A DNA stretch of 64,000 nt from the human T2T-CHM13v2.0 reference genome, Homo sapiens, in assembly GCF_009914755.1 (NCBI RefSeq), contig NC_060927.1; one strand, given 5' to 3'. Positions within the stretch are counted from its first letter, which is position 1, and each line of letters starts with the position of its first letter. Position numbers and translations under genes: made by a program. The notes below the pieces were generated by a model. It saw nothing but the letters and a program-made list of their open reading frames with translations. It had not been told where the DNA came from and did no database searches. Below, piece by piece: positions 47,947-61,819 of the stretch.

Positions 47947-50889
47947 AGAGTCTTGGGTTGATCTCATGGAGTATCACCCTGGGGTTCTCTGCAGTTCCTG
48001 AATTTGAATGTTTGCCTGTCTTGCTAGGTTTGGGAAGTTCTGGATGATATCCTCAAGTATGTTTTCCAAGTTGGTTCCATTCTCCCCGTCCCTTTCAGGT
48101 ACCCCAATCAATCATAGGTTCTGTCTCTTTACATAATTCCATACTTTTTGGAGATTCCATTCATTCCTTTTCATTCTATTCTTGTCTGCCTGTCTTATTT
48201 CAGAAAAATAGTCTTCAAGCATTGAGATTCTTTTTTCCACTTGGTCTATTCTGTTATTGATACTCATGATTGCACTGTGAATGTCTCATGTTGTGTTCCT
48301 CTCTAAACTGGCTATCAGCTCCCATATCGTTTTATCATGATTTTTAGCTTTTTTGCATTTTTTTTTTTTTTTTTTGCATTGAGTTACAACATGCTCCTTT
48401 AGCTCAGCAAAGTTCATTATTACCCACCTTCTGATGCCTACTTCTATCAGTCCAGACTTCTATCAGTCCAGCCAAGCCTCAACTCAGTTCGGTGCCCTTG
48501 CTGGAGAGGTGTTGCGGTCATTTGGAGGAGAGGAGGCACTCTGACTTTTTGAGTTTTCAGCGTTTTTGCATTTATTCGTTCTCATCTTTGTGGGCTTTTC
48601 TACCTTCGATCTTTGAGGTTGCTGACCTTTGAATGGGATTTTTGTTGATGTTATTTTCTGTTTGTTTTTCTTTTAACAGTCAGTCAGGCTACCCTTCCAT
48701 AGGGCTGCTGCAGTTTGCTGGGGTTCTGCTCCAGACCCTAGTTGCCTCAGTTTTTCCTGTACCTGGATGTATCACCAGTGAAGGCTGAGAAACAGCAGAG
48801 ATGGCAGCCTGCTCCTGCCTCTGGAAGCTCCATCCTGCAGTTTAGTGACCTGTTGCCAGCCAGAACTGCACCTATAAGAGGTGGCTGAGAACCCTTGTTG
48901 GGAGGCCTCACCCAGTCAGGAGGAACAGGGTTAGAGACCTGCTTAAATAAGAAATCTGGCTGATTTTTGGTAGTGCAGCTGTGCTGCATTGTGGGGGACC
49001 CTTCCTTGTCCAGACCCTTGGACTCTCCAGAGCCAGCAGGCTATAACAGCTGAGTTGACTGAACCAAAGAAATGACGGTCACATCTCTCCCCAGGAACTT
49101 GGTCCTTCTCATGCAGATTCCAGCCTGTCACTTGTGGCTCACTGGAATTCCAAGCCAGTGGGTCTTAACTTGTAAGGTGCCGTTGAAGTGGGGCCCGCAG
49201 AATGACACTGCTTGGCTCCCTGGATAGAGCCCGCCTCCTAGGGGTATGTAGGGATTGACATTCCACCTCGCTGGGAATCCCAGGGCCAGCAAAACTGGGT
49301 CTCTGTGTTTGCCTGAGTGGCTGCTCTGCAGGGACTCCACACACCTCTGTGAGTCAGACCCGAGACCCTGGTGGCTTGGGCTAATGAAGGGATGTCCTGA
49401 TCTGCAGGTTGCAAAAATCTGTGGGAGAAGCATGGTTTCCTGGGTGGGATCACTCACTGCTTCCTTTGGCTTCATGCTGTTCCCAGGTGGCTGTCGCCCC
49501 AGCCTGCTTTTCTTCATTCCCCACAGGTCGGGTTGTTTGCCTAGTCAGTCCCAATGTGAGAGTCTGGATATTTCAGTTGAAGGTGCTGAATTCAGGCATC
49601 ACTTTCATTCCTCTCTGTGAGTGCCACAGACCGCAGCTGCTTTTAATTGGCCATGTTGGCCCCCAGGTCCAGCCTCTTTTTACTAGTGTTTAAATTAGTG
49701 GCCTGAGGCCGTATGGCCTCGCAAGTCTTAAGAGAATCTGGTTTGCATGGTTCCAATCCTCCTGGTAAACAGCTCTCTGTTTCATGAAATGAAGGTGACC
49801 CTTCAAATATGTCCTTTGGAGCAGGGGCTTTTGCAGTTCTGTCCATTGTCATCTAAACTGAACACACAATAAGGCTGTTGGAGTAAAGAATGGCTTTCTA
49901 GAATGCAAGGCACTAAAATAAGGTAACACACTCCTTACTGTAGCATGCTAGTCCGCTAGAGCCCAACCTCACCTCCAGCCACACATCTTTCAAGGATATT
50001 TGTTGGAATTTATCATTTTGTCATACAATCTCATCTATCTTCAGATTCACTAATTTTGTTCTCAGCTTTCTCATTTATATTTAACTTATTGATTTATTTT
50101 TATTTCCTTTCTGAAATTTTTATTCAGCTCTTTTTCAAACCTGCTTTCCCTGTTCCCTTTCAAACTGCTCCTGTGGTTCCTGTTATGTGAGTTTAATCAT
50201 TTGCTGTGTTTGCTATTATTTCTCAGACAGGCAAAGGGTTGTTTCTTCTTTGTTTTGTAATCTTTCTTTTACTCTGAGCTTATCTCTAGTAGTAATTGTC
50301 TAACACATGCCCTAAGCTGTAAATACATCTGTATTGAGAGGTTTTGAGTTTGTCTTTGCTCAGTGCCCTAAAGACTTCAAGGATGCATTTTTAGGTTTGT
50401 TTCTCAGTTCAGGATTTCTACGGCATGTGAACTGTGTGCATTTGGACTTGATGCCCATGCACAGAGCAGGCCTGGGCGTCTAACTTCTCGGAGGTGACTT
50501 ATTCCAAAGTGGTTGTCTGGCTTACTCCCTGCATCCCTCGGGCAGTGGCAGTGTTTATTCTGGGACCCGAATTCAGACAGTCCTTTGAAGCTTCAGGCTT
50601 TATGCAGACATCCCATCTCAAGTTTTCTTTGTGTAGAGAACTTAGGTTTCCATTCTTGCTACTCATGGACTTTAAAACTCCAGCTGAGGCAGTAGGCCAC
50701 AGCTCCTCAGCAGCCACTCAGTTTCAGCCCCCCAGTGCAGCTATGCTTTCCTTGTTTTTGATTCCTGAAGAGTTCTCTTTCCAGCTTTTTTATTTTTGTT
50801 TTCTTCTGTTGTTAATGTTATATTATATCCAGCATCTCAATTTATTTGGAAAAGGAAAGCAGTCCCCTATCCAGTCAGGCTGAAAATAT

Positions 50890-51000
50890 GTGCTAAACAT
50901 TGTATATGCCTTACTTAGCTCAATTCACACAACAAACCTATGCATAGATACTATTATTATCCTCACTTCACATGTGAGGCTCCCAAGGATTAGAAGGGTT
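50890..51000 (-). mobile_element. MIR fragment
   Basis: CACACAACAAACCTATGCATAGATACTATTATTATCCTCAC. Confidence 0.6.
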
Positions 51001-51329
51001 CCCTTATTTTCCCAAAGTCAGAACATGATTCCCTAGAAATTCATGAAGCAGCTGTGATACCCAACTCATTACCCAAAGACTTGGCCTGTACCAATCCCTT
51101 TTGCTATCCTGTCTGTCTCATTCTGTGGTTCCTCAAACCCCAGGGCAGCTGGTCACTTAGCAGACTGTTCGCTCTGTTCAACCACACTCACATCAAAGCC
51201 CTCTCATTATTCTCCTGCTACAAATGGTCCTCTTCCCCTGTTCAAATCCTTTCTGTCTTGCAATAGCCTGTCTCAGACTCACTTTCTCAATCAGTCAACC
51301 CTCCATCCAACTCTCCCTCTCTAGTGGGT

Positions 51330-51740
51330 ATTGTAAGCACAGATCAGGAATGAGGGGAGAATAGATAAGACGAAAGCATTATCAGAACTGTGCAGTAAAG
51401 GAAGTGGAGAAAGAGTAGGGGAATTCAAAAGCAATGGCAGTATTCTGGCTTGGATAACAGATTGCATGAGGGAGTGTTTACTGAGGCCAGGGATCACAGG
51501 AGAGGGAGCAGGCTAGGCTGTAGCATGGGAAACACTGAACTCAAACTTGGACACAGTGTGTTTGAAGTACCTGTAGAACATCCAAGTGGGGCAATTTGGA
51601 GATACTCTGACATGCAAGTACACCATTTAGAAGATGATTCTCTGCTCAAGATCCTGATTTGGAAGTGAGCATGTGAAGCTGACATTGGTTACGTGTGAAG
51701 TGAAAATATAAGAGGCCATATGTGGAAGCCCACAGTGGTG
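51330..51740 (-). mobile_element. L2 fragment
   Basis: TTGGACACAGTGTGTTTGAAGTACCTGTAGAACATCCAAGTGG. Confidence 0.6.
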
Positions 51741-51804
51741 TGTATGTTAGTTCTAACTTACAATAAGATTATATGTTCCTTGAGTTAAGATATCACGTCA
51801 TTTC

Positions 51805-54800
51805 AGCCACACAATTGTGAGGGACTTCAACAGCCCACTGACAGTGTTAGTCAGATCATTGAGGCAGAAAACAAACAATAAAATTCTGGCATTAAACTAG
51901 ACACTTGACCAACTGGACCTAAGAGACATCTACAGACTACTCCACCCAACAACCACAGGACATACATTCTTCTTATCTGCACATGGAACGTATTCTAAGA
52001 TCAATCACATGCTCAGTCATAAAGCAAGTCTCAATAATATAAATACAAAAAAATCAAAACCATACTAAGCACACTCTCAAGACTGCAATGCAGCAAAAAT
52101 AGAAATCAATACCAAGATCTCTCAAAACTGCATGAAAACATGGAAATTAAACAACTTTCTCCTGAATAACCCTTGGGTGAACAACAAAATTAAGGCAGAA
52201 ATCAAAAAATTCCTTGAAATTATTGAAAATAGTGACCCAACTTACCAAAGTCTTTGGATGCAGCTAAAGTTGTGTTAAGAGGAAAGTGTATAGCACTAAA
52301 ATGCCTTCATTAAGAGGTTAGAAAGATTTCAATTTAACAATCTAACATCACACCTAGAGGAAGAAGGGGAGAAAAAGAACAATCCAACCTCAAATATAGC
52401 AGAAGAAAAGAAATAACTAACATCAGAGGAGAACTGAACAAAATTAGACCCAAAAGTCCATACAAAAGATCAATAAAACCAAGAGTTGCTTTTTCGAAAG
52501 AATAAACAAGATTGATTGAGCGCTAGCTAGATTAACAAATACAGAGAGAAGATCCCAACAAACAAAATTGGAAATGACAAAGATGACATTACAATCAATC
52601 CCACATAAAGCAAAAGATCCTCAGAGACCATTATGAAAACCTCTCTGCATATAAACTAGGAAATCTAGAGAAAGTGGATACATTCCTGGTAACGCACAAT
52701 CTCCCAAGATTGAACTAGGAAGCACGTGAAAACCTGAACAGACAAATAATGAATTCTGAGATTTTAAAAACCTACTAACCAAAAAGAGCCCTAGACCAGA
52801 TGGATTCACAGCCCATTATCAGATCTGCAAAGAACTGATACCAATCCTACTGAAACTATTCCAAAAAATTGAAGAGAAGGAGCTCCTCCCTAACTCATCC
52901 TGTGAAACTAGCATCATTCTGATACAAAAATCTGGCAGAGACACAACATAAAAAGAAAGCTTCAGGCCAATATCCATGATGAACATAGATGTAAAAATCC
53001 CCAATGAAATACTAGCAAACTGAATACAGCAGCACATCACAAAGTTAAGTCGCCACATTCAAGAAGGTTTTATTCCTGGGATGCAAGGTTGATTCAACAC
53101 ATGCAAATCTATAAATGTGATTCACCATGTGAACAGAATCAAAAACCACACAATTATCTTAATAGATGCAGAAAAAGCCTTTGATAAAATCCAACATCCC
53201 TTCATGATAAAAACCTTCAACAAACTAGGCATCAAAGGATCATATCTCAAAATATTAAAGGCCATCTATGACAAACCCACAGCCAACATTATACTAAATG
53301 GAGAAAAGCCCAAGAGGAACCTTTCCCCTTGAGAACTAGAACAAGACAAGGACACCTATTCTCACCACACCTATTCAACATGGTAGTGGAAGTCCTAGTC
53401 AGAGCAATTAGGCAAGAGAAAGAAATAAAATGCATCCAAATAGAAAAAGAAGTCGTCAAACCATCTCTCTTTTCAAATGATATGATTCCTTACTTAGAAA
53501 ACCCTAAAGACTCTGCCAAAAGGCTCCTGAAACTGATAAAGTTTCAGGATACAAAATTAATGTACAAAAATTAGTAGCATTTCTATATGCCAATAATGTT
53601 CTAGCTGAGAACCAAATCAGGAACACAATCCCATCTACAATAGCCACAAAATAAATGAAATACCTAAGAATTCGTCTAACCAAGGAGGTAAAAGATCTCT
53701 GCAAAGAAAACTACCAAACACTGCTGAAAGAAATCAGAGATGACACAAAGAAATGGGAAAACGTTTCATGCTTAAGGATTGGAAGGATCAATATCATTAA
53801 AATGGCCATACTGCCCAAAGCAATTTATACGTTAAATGCTATCCCTATCAAAATACCAATGTCATTTTTTACAGAATTAGAAAAATCTACTCATAAATTT
53901 ATATGAAACAAACAAACAAACAAAAAAAAAAAACAACCACAGCAATACTGAGCAAACAACAACAACAACAAAAAAAAAACTGGAGGCATCACATTACTCG
54001 ACTTCAAATTATACCATAAGGCAACAGTAACAAAAACAGCATGGTACTGGTACAAAGACAGACACATAGACCAATGGAACAGAATACAGAACCCAGAAAT
54101 AAACCTGCACATCTACAGCCATCTGATCTTCAGCAAAATAGACAAAAATAAACAATGGAATAAGGACACTCTATTCAATGAATGGTGTTGGGATAACGGG
54201 CTAGCCATATGGAAAAGAATGAAGCTGGACTCCTACCTCTCACCATATACAAAAATTAACTCAAAATGGGTTAAAGATTTAAATATAAAACCCCAATTAT
54301 AAAAATCCTAGAAGAAAACCTAAGAACTACCCTTCTCAACATCAGCATTGGCAAAGAATTTATGGCTAAGTCCCCGAAAGCAATTGCAAGAAAAACAAAA
54401 ATTGACAAGTGGGAGCTAATTAAATTGAAGGGCTTCTTCATAGCAAAAGAATTTATCAACAGAGTAAACAGCCTACAGGATGGGAGAAAATATTAATAAA
54501 CTCTGCATGTAACAGAATTCTAATATCCAGAATCTACAAGGAACATAAATCAACAAGCAAAAACAAATAATCTCATTTAAAAATGGGCAAAGGATATGAA
54601 CAGATTCTTCTCAAAAGAAGATGTAAAATTGGCCAACAAAAATATGAAAAAAATGCCCAACATCATTAATCATCAGAAAAATTCAAATCAAAACCACAAA
54701 GAAATATCATCTCATACCAGTCAGAATGGCAATTATTAAAAAATCAAAAATAACAGATGCTGGCAAGGCTATGGAGAGAAAGGAATATACTGTTAGTGGG

Positions 54801-55410
54801 AATGCAAACTAGTTCAGCCACTATGGAAAGCAGTTTGGAAATTTCTCAAGGAACTTAAAACAGAATTACAATTTGACCCAGCAATCCCATTACTGGATAT
54901 TCAGAAGAAAATAAATTGTTTTACCAAAAAGACACATGCATTTGTATGTTCATCGCAGCACTGTTCACAATAGCAAAGACATGGAACCAACCTAGGTGCC
55001 CATCAACAGTGGGCTGAATAAAGAAAATGTGGTACATATACACCATGGAATACTATGCAGCCATAAGAAAGAATTAAATCATGTCCTTTGTGGCAACATA
55101 GATGGAGCCAAAGGCCATTATTCTAAGCAAATTAACACAAAAAAAGAAAACCAAATACCGTATTTTTTCACTTATAAGTGGAAGCTAAACATTGGATACC
55201 CATAGACATAAATATAGGAATGATAGACACTGGGACTAATAGATGGGGGAGGGAAAGAGAGGGGAATGGGTTGAAAAACCACCTATTGAGTATTATGCTT
55301 GGGTAGTACTTGTGTGATAGGATCATTTGTCCTCAGAGTCACACAATATACCCATGTAACAATCTGCATATGTACCCCTCAATCTAAAATAAAAGTTGAA
55401 ATTATCTTGA
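51805..55410 (+). mobile_element. 5'-truncated L1PA15/16-like LINE-1, sense to CLSTN2
   Basis: ORF2 remnants ([21 protein letters not shown]) and 3' end AATCTAAAATAAAAGTTGAAATTAT; decayed TSD with core A(C/T)GTCATTTC ending at 51804 and 55426. Confidence 0.85.
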
Positions 55411-55579
55411 AAAATAATGTCATTTCTTTCTCCTTAATTTTCTAATAGTGCCTAAGACAGAATTGGTCCTCCTATTTTATAGGGTTGTGGTGAAGATTAA
55501 ATAGTATAAGGAGGAATAGGAAAAGCTGCTTCAATACTGAAAAGCATGTTCCAAGACTGATGGATTGTTTTTATGACTA

Positions 55580-56340
55580 TCACCCCCTTCTCCCACCTAG
55601 AAGCCTCCAGATCTCCCATTGCCTACAGAATAAAAGCAATCCAAGTCCTCAGTTTCAGATCTCTCCTTGCAGCCTTATTGCACACTCTTCACCTTTTGCA
55701 AATGCAGCCTGACAACCCCAAACTCTGTCATCCTCATCTACCTCAACAGGGTTAACATGGCACCTTGCACAAATCTGTGCTGGATATGAATCCCGATCTG
55801 TTATAAGCCTTTTTGTCAATTCCATGGCTGGACTATAAGCTCCATAAAGGCGGGTGCTTTTTTGTTCACAAAGTAGGACGTGCATTTAGTAAATGTCTGT
55901 AGGAGTTAACGAATGAGTGAATGTGTATATCTTTATATGTCCCCAAACCTAGTGCCTCTGACAAAAAAAAGATGAATGAATAGAGGAATAAGAGGTTTCT
56001 GCTTCATTGCCTTAGAATTTATTACTTGCCATCTATTCCTAATGAAATATTAACAGTTCTTCAATATCCACCCTAAATTCCACCTTCTCCAAGGTGAGAA
56101 GAATCTCTCCATTCCCTGGGACCTCACAGTGCCTTGCACCTGGTCTACAACACTTATCTCAAGTTTCATTACATTTGAAGATTTTGTGTACTTGATACAG
56201 CCCCTCCATTAGATTGAAAATCTTGAAAGCAAAGGACCTATCTCATAACTTCTGTATCTCTTGCAGCACCTAGTAGACATAATAGTTGACAGATAGTAGT
56301 TGGTAGGTGAATGTATCTTATGTTGAATAGCTGCATTCAA
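55580..56340 (+). mobile_element. L2 fragments
   Basis: CCCATTGCCTACAGAATAAAA...GACTATAAGCTCCATAAAGGC...; second copy ...CAGCACCTAGTAG. Confidence 0.5.
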
Positions 56341-57239
56341 AAACACCTGATTTCCTGAGGAAACCAAGTCAGAACTTCCAATTTGGCCACTTATATAACA
56401 CTTGGATCAACCAGTCAGAAACTACACAGAGAACCTCTCACCTGATTTTCTCCTCCTCATCTCATGGGAGGCTTCCCTGGCCCCTGACTCACACTGAAAT
56501 TCCAGCACACTCCTAACTCAGACCTCCTTTGGCGTTGTCCCTGCTACCCTTCCTGAACGTGTATCCCTGGGTCTCTGGTCTCTGAGTCACTTACCAGCTA
56601 TGCTGCAGCTGCCTGCCGTGGGAGTACATCTGCAGGTGTCCAGAGATTCATGTGTCTTTGGACTAGGCAAGGCCTCAGGCATCATTCTGGGGGATGGTGT
56701 CAGACATTCTTGGAGCTTGGACATACTTGGTGCGGCTGGATACACCAGTGATTCATGAACAGTCGGGAATTGAAGTTCTTCTCTCCCCCAAGGAAAGGTC
56801 ACTTTGCTGAATTTTCTTCTTTCTTGGTTGAACTATGCATTGACACATTTATTTTAGCTGCCTCCTGGCTTGATCATTTTTCAATTACAGTTTGTCCCTG
56901 CAGTTCTAGCAGAGGGTCAATGTAGGTCTCTTCCTGATCATAGATCCACATTTATAAAACCCTAATTAGGCATTTCCTTTAGCTGCTGTCACAGATTACT
57001 TGGTGGAAAAACTCTGCAGGCATAAGCTTTGTATGAGCTAAAAGATTGTTTAGACGCCCAATTAGGAGCTCACTGGGGCAGCTCCCAAGCATTCCTACCT
57101 TTGACTCTTGGCTGAGGCTGTTCTTCACACCAACAATGCTCTCCCTGTTGATGTTGGAGAATATAAATCTTGCCATCTTTTGTGACCCATATTAAAATGA
57201 GATAAAATGTGTCCCTTTTATAGTAACAGGATTTTTATT

Positions 57240-57620
57240 TATTTTTTATTACTCAGTGTGGCAAGGGTGCCATGCATAAGCTCTCTTAACCTCTGTGAGT
57301 AGGAGTATAAATAGGCGTAACCTTTGCAGAAAAAAACATTGATAATATGTATCAAGAGTCTTAAAAATACCTCCAGCCTTTGACCCAGTAATTCCATTTC
57401 CAGGAATCTTTCCTAAGGATATAATCAGAAATGCAAACAAATATTTATACACAAGAAATTCATTATAATACCATTTATAATAGCTGTTACATAATTAATA
57501 TCTGGAAATAAGTATAGTATATAGCCATATTACACAGCTACTTAAAATGAAATTTTTAAAGGCATTTTAGTGCTGATGCTACATGAAATATGCAAACTCT
57601 CAAATTCTTATGCAGTGTGA
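57240..57620 (+). mobile_element. L1ME fragment
   Basis: CCTTTGACCCAGTAATTCCATTTCCAGGAATCTTTCCTAAGGATATAATCAGA. Confidence 0.65.
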
Positions 57621-59649
57621 TCCAAATAGACCTTTCCCAGCTGTTGTTTCACGGATGTTTATAGGAATGCTATAAATAGAAAAGTTCTATTTTTCAGTAA
57701 GGTTGAAAAGTTATTATAGTTTGAGAATCACTGTTTTTATGCTGCGCATCATGGGGGCTGTTGTTCAATCTAGCATACTTTGGAAGAACTGGAGAAAAAA
57801 CACCTAGGAAAAACATTGTAATGTTGAGAGGGGATGCTGCTACTGTTGAGTTATAGAATTACTTCTTCTTTGCAATTGTTTATGTTGTCCTACCAAAATG
57901 CTAAGTGTTGTAAATGAAATAATGCCAGAGGATTATTCTCCATCCAGCTTCAGCAGATGTGGATTGCTGTAGAGCCAGCTAAAGCACATGGATTCAACAT
58001 GCCAGTCACACAGAGAGGATGGTCACCGTGAGGGCAGTGATGGAGGCCAGGATGGGGGAGCCCCCAAGTGCTGTCTGGTTGGTTCTTGGCACTCTACCTA
58101 CATTCCACAGGGCATGGGGTATGGTCAGGGTTACCTCACTGTCACCCACTTCCTCCCTGCCCAGGGCCTGACCAGAGATTTCCAGATACCTCTGGGAATA
58201 TCCTCAGGATGTGAACCGCATTCCAGGTTACCTCTGTTGCTTGGCTATCCTTGATTGCAAACCCCAAGCCCAGGGTGCTCCTACCTCTTTGGGTTCGGTG
58301 CTTGATTCAGATATGTAGTTCTCTACTAGTCTATCAGCCCTGCACTCTGTGTTCAGGTCTGCCTGTGTGCCACCTGTATGTCTTGGGGTCACCCCACCCC
58401 AATAACAGGCCTAGCTTGAGAGCCCTGCACCCAGCCCAGGGTTTGGTCCAGGGCACCGAGCATGAGGGGAGTGGAAACTGGGTCAGGACCTCTCACTGAG
58501 TATAACAGAACTTCACAGAGATCTGTCTGGACCCCTCCTGCTTACCTTCCAAAGTCCCCTAAAATATTCATCAGGCTTTATCAGACTAATGGGCTTCAAA
58601 AGGAGCAGTTTTCTGAGACATGAGACAGGACAATATAAAAAGAACATTAATGAAAAAAATCTTATTTCAAACTGAAAGGAGAAAGATTATTTAGCATCCC
58701 TGTTGGTGTTATCTGTTCATGAGAAACAGCGTATTTAATCAAGCATGGAATTGTAGGGAGGGCTTTGATGCCCTCACCTTGGGGTCACCTTCATTCAGAA
58801 CTCATCTGTCTCCTCTGCCACAGATGGCAGAGTCGATGGAGACAAGAGGATGCAGATGAGAGACATTTCAGAGGGGTCCTCCACAGGGTGTGGGGGGATT
58901 AGAGGGAGCGTGAAGGAGAGTCCAGCATGACTCCCAAGGCACTTGCTTAGGGATAGGACCGGGGGTGGCATCGTTCTCTAGTCTTGCCACCTTTCATGCC
59001 TCCCATCTCCCTTTCCAAGACATGCCCATCTTGGTTTCTATCTTGTCTCATGCTGTATGAGTTCATTCCCTTGAGGTTAAGAATTGTGACTCTCTTCTAG
59101 CCCCCCTGCATCTCCACTAATCCACTAAGCTGCCTTCTGTAGCCCTGGGCACTTGTGGTTTCCCAGAACAGAGGGTTTGGGGATTAAACAAGTTGTGTGG
59201 GTATAAAGTGAGATCCTTGGTTCCTGATCAGCCTAGCAATAATCAGAGCCAACTGGAAATTTTGACACAAGATTCCCAGCCCTGAGACCAGGAGTCTTGG
59301 GTTTAAAAGGTTGTGAAAGGGTGCCCTGTACTGAGTCCAGGCCAGTAGGACCCACTTGTGGTTCTTCTCTGCCTCCCCAGGTGCACCATGGTAAGGCTGA
59401 AAATCTCCCCATCATCCACTATCTGCCTGATATCGGATTCTTGGGTGTTTCTCTTTCCCAGTTTGCCCCATCATGTTTGATGACAAGCTTCTATAACTTC
59501 AGTGTATGTCAACTGTTATATTCCTTGAGTGCTTTGCAATAAAAATTGTTGACCCAAAAATGTGTTGTTCTCCTTTCATAGAGTAAAAGCCTGTTTGATG
59601 TTTTATTACATATTCAATTTTAAATGTTGCTTCTCTTTCCTTTTCTTAG

Positions 59650-59812
59650 ATTTGTGACAAAGAGTGGCACTACTATGTCATCAATGTGGAGTTTCCTGTG
59701 GTAACCTTATACATGGATGGAGCAACATATGAACCATACCTGGTGACCAACGACTGGCCCATTCATCCATCTCACATAGCCATGCAACTCACAGTCGGCG
59801 CTTGTTGGCAAG
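59650..59812 (+). CDS. CLSTN2: Internal coding exon of calsyntenin-2 (LNS/laminin-G-like domain), 163 nt, phase 0 to phase 1
   Basis: Acceptor CTTCTCTTTCCTTTTCTTAG|ATT, donor CAAG|GTAATC; open frame ICDKEWHYYVINVEFPVVTLYMDGATYEPYLVTNDWPIHPSHIAMQLTVGACWQG matches the calsyntenin motif CDxEWHxYVxNVEFPxVTLYxDG...GACWQ, CLSTN2 version. Confidence 0.95.
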
Positions 59813-60753
59813 GTAATCCTAAGTGAAACCCTTTTCTCTGACCTGTTTGTGAATAGTTCTTGGAAGATACTTGTAGAGAAAAAGGAAAAGCAAGTGGTGT
59901 GAGAATAGTCTAGAAAAATTACTACCCCTTACAAAAAAAAATTCAAGACATATAAAAATAAGTATAAATCCACAAACTAAACGTATTGTATAATAACAAG
60001 CTTAAGGCCAGATTTTGATTTTTAGATCGACATGAGCAGTTTCATGGTTGTCTCTGAGTTTCTAATGTATTTTATTATTTTGAAGTCTTATTCATTTCCA
60101 AACTGGGGCAATGCAGAGAAAAAAACAGTATAGAATCTTGTGTTCAAACTTCTGGTTGGCTCTGATGAGTGCTAGGCTGATCAGGAACCAAGGATCTCCC
60201 TTTATCCCCACACAAATTCTTTAAGCCCCAAACCCTCTGTTCTGGGAACTCACAAATGCCCAGGGCTTGCCCAGAGCTGTGGAAGGCAGCTTGTCCACAA
60301 GCCACAAGGCCACAGAAAGCCACTCTCAAGGTCAGCTCAGCCCTCAGTGCCTTCCCTGGCATCTAAGGACAGAGGCCCTTTATGCCTTCCCACTTGAAGG
60401 TATCTGCCCCTTCCTCTCTTCTTGTGCTGTTGCCTCTCTCCTAATCCCCAAACCCAGGCTAATCTCCTTGGGATCAGGAAACCCGGCTCTCCAAGCATGC
60501 GTGTGATCTTTCTGTCTCTCACTCAGGTCTGCTGGAGTCTTTGTTTCAGCTCCTTTAAGGGCTGGGTATGCTTTGAAGTACCAGTAAGAGAGCAGAAGGA
60601 TATGAAAATGCTCCCCAAATAAGCAGATTAGTACTTTGAGATGTGGCACAACCTTGTGTTGATGGATTCTGTGAAAATTACCAAGATTTGTGACTTTGAC
60701 TCTTCACCATGAGGGGCTGGGGATAGAGGTGGGCTATAGTATAAGAATATGCC

Positions 60754-61068
<315 letters not shown>

Positions 61069-61819
61069 TCAGAAGACCAACTGACCCATGAGTGAACTAG
61101 GACTGACACATGCCCCTGTAGGTTGGACAAAGTGAGTTATGGGCAGCTCCATGTAAAAGAAGATGAAAAGGAGTACATACAGTGCAGCCTGGAAGCACTA
61201 GAGATTCAAAACCCAGGAAGGAGATAAGGTATAAATGAGGCAAGAGAAAGTGTTCTTGAGCTGAGCCCACCTACTTGATGTCTCACTTGTGTCACATGAT
61301 AGCAAAATGTTTATTAAATATTTCAGTAGAGCTTGGCAATGAGAGTATCTTCAGTTGCAGGCTCCCCAGAATGCCAGGTAGACCGTGTCACATGGCAAGA
61401 GTTCATGAAACTATTTAGTATAGCAGGGCAGTGATTCAGAGGTTGCGCAGGAATCAATAACACTGAACACAACTATGCTAGAGAAATGTTCCCCTGGTGT
61501 GGCTTAGTGCCCTAGCCAGACACACTCCAACCAGCCTGTGGGTGTTATGGAACATAGCCTGGATAATGCCCCTAAGAAAACACTGCCCTAATCATGTCCC
61601 CTTCCATGTTACCATGCTTCTTCTCAAGAGCCCCTCAGAAACCACATTTGAATCCCTGTCACCCCAGTGTGCAATGGAAACCCACCCCCATGTCTGCAAG
61701 GCCAGCTACAGCAACTGCTGCTGAGTTACATGCCTACTGCCCAGAGTGGGGAAGTAGCCCCACAAAATAAAATGTGATTTTATAAGGAACTAAAATCAAT
61801 AAGAATAAGTTAAGTTGCA

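Noticed and set aside
56587-56802. Minus-strand ORF ending at a consensus donor (CTG|GTAAGT)
   Set aside because: No matching acceptor or promoter seen; isolated donors occur by chance.
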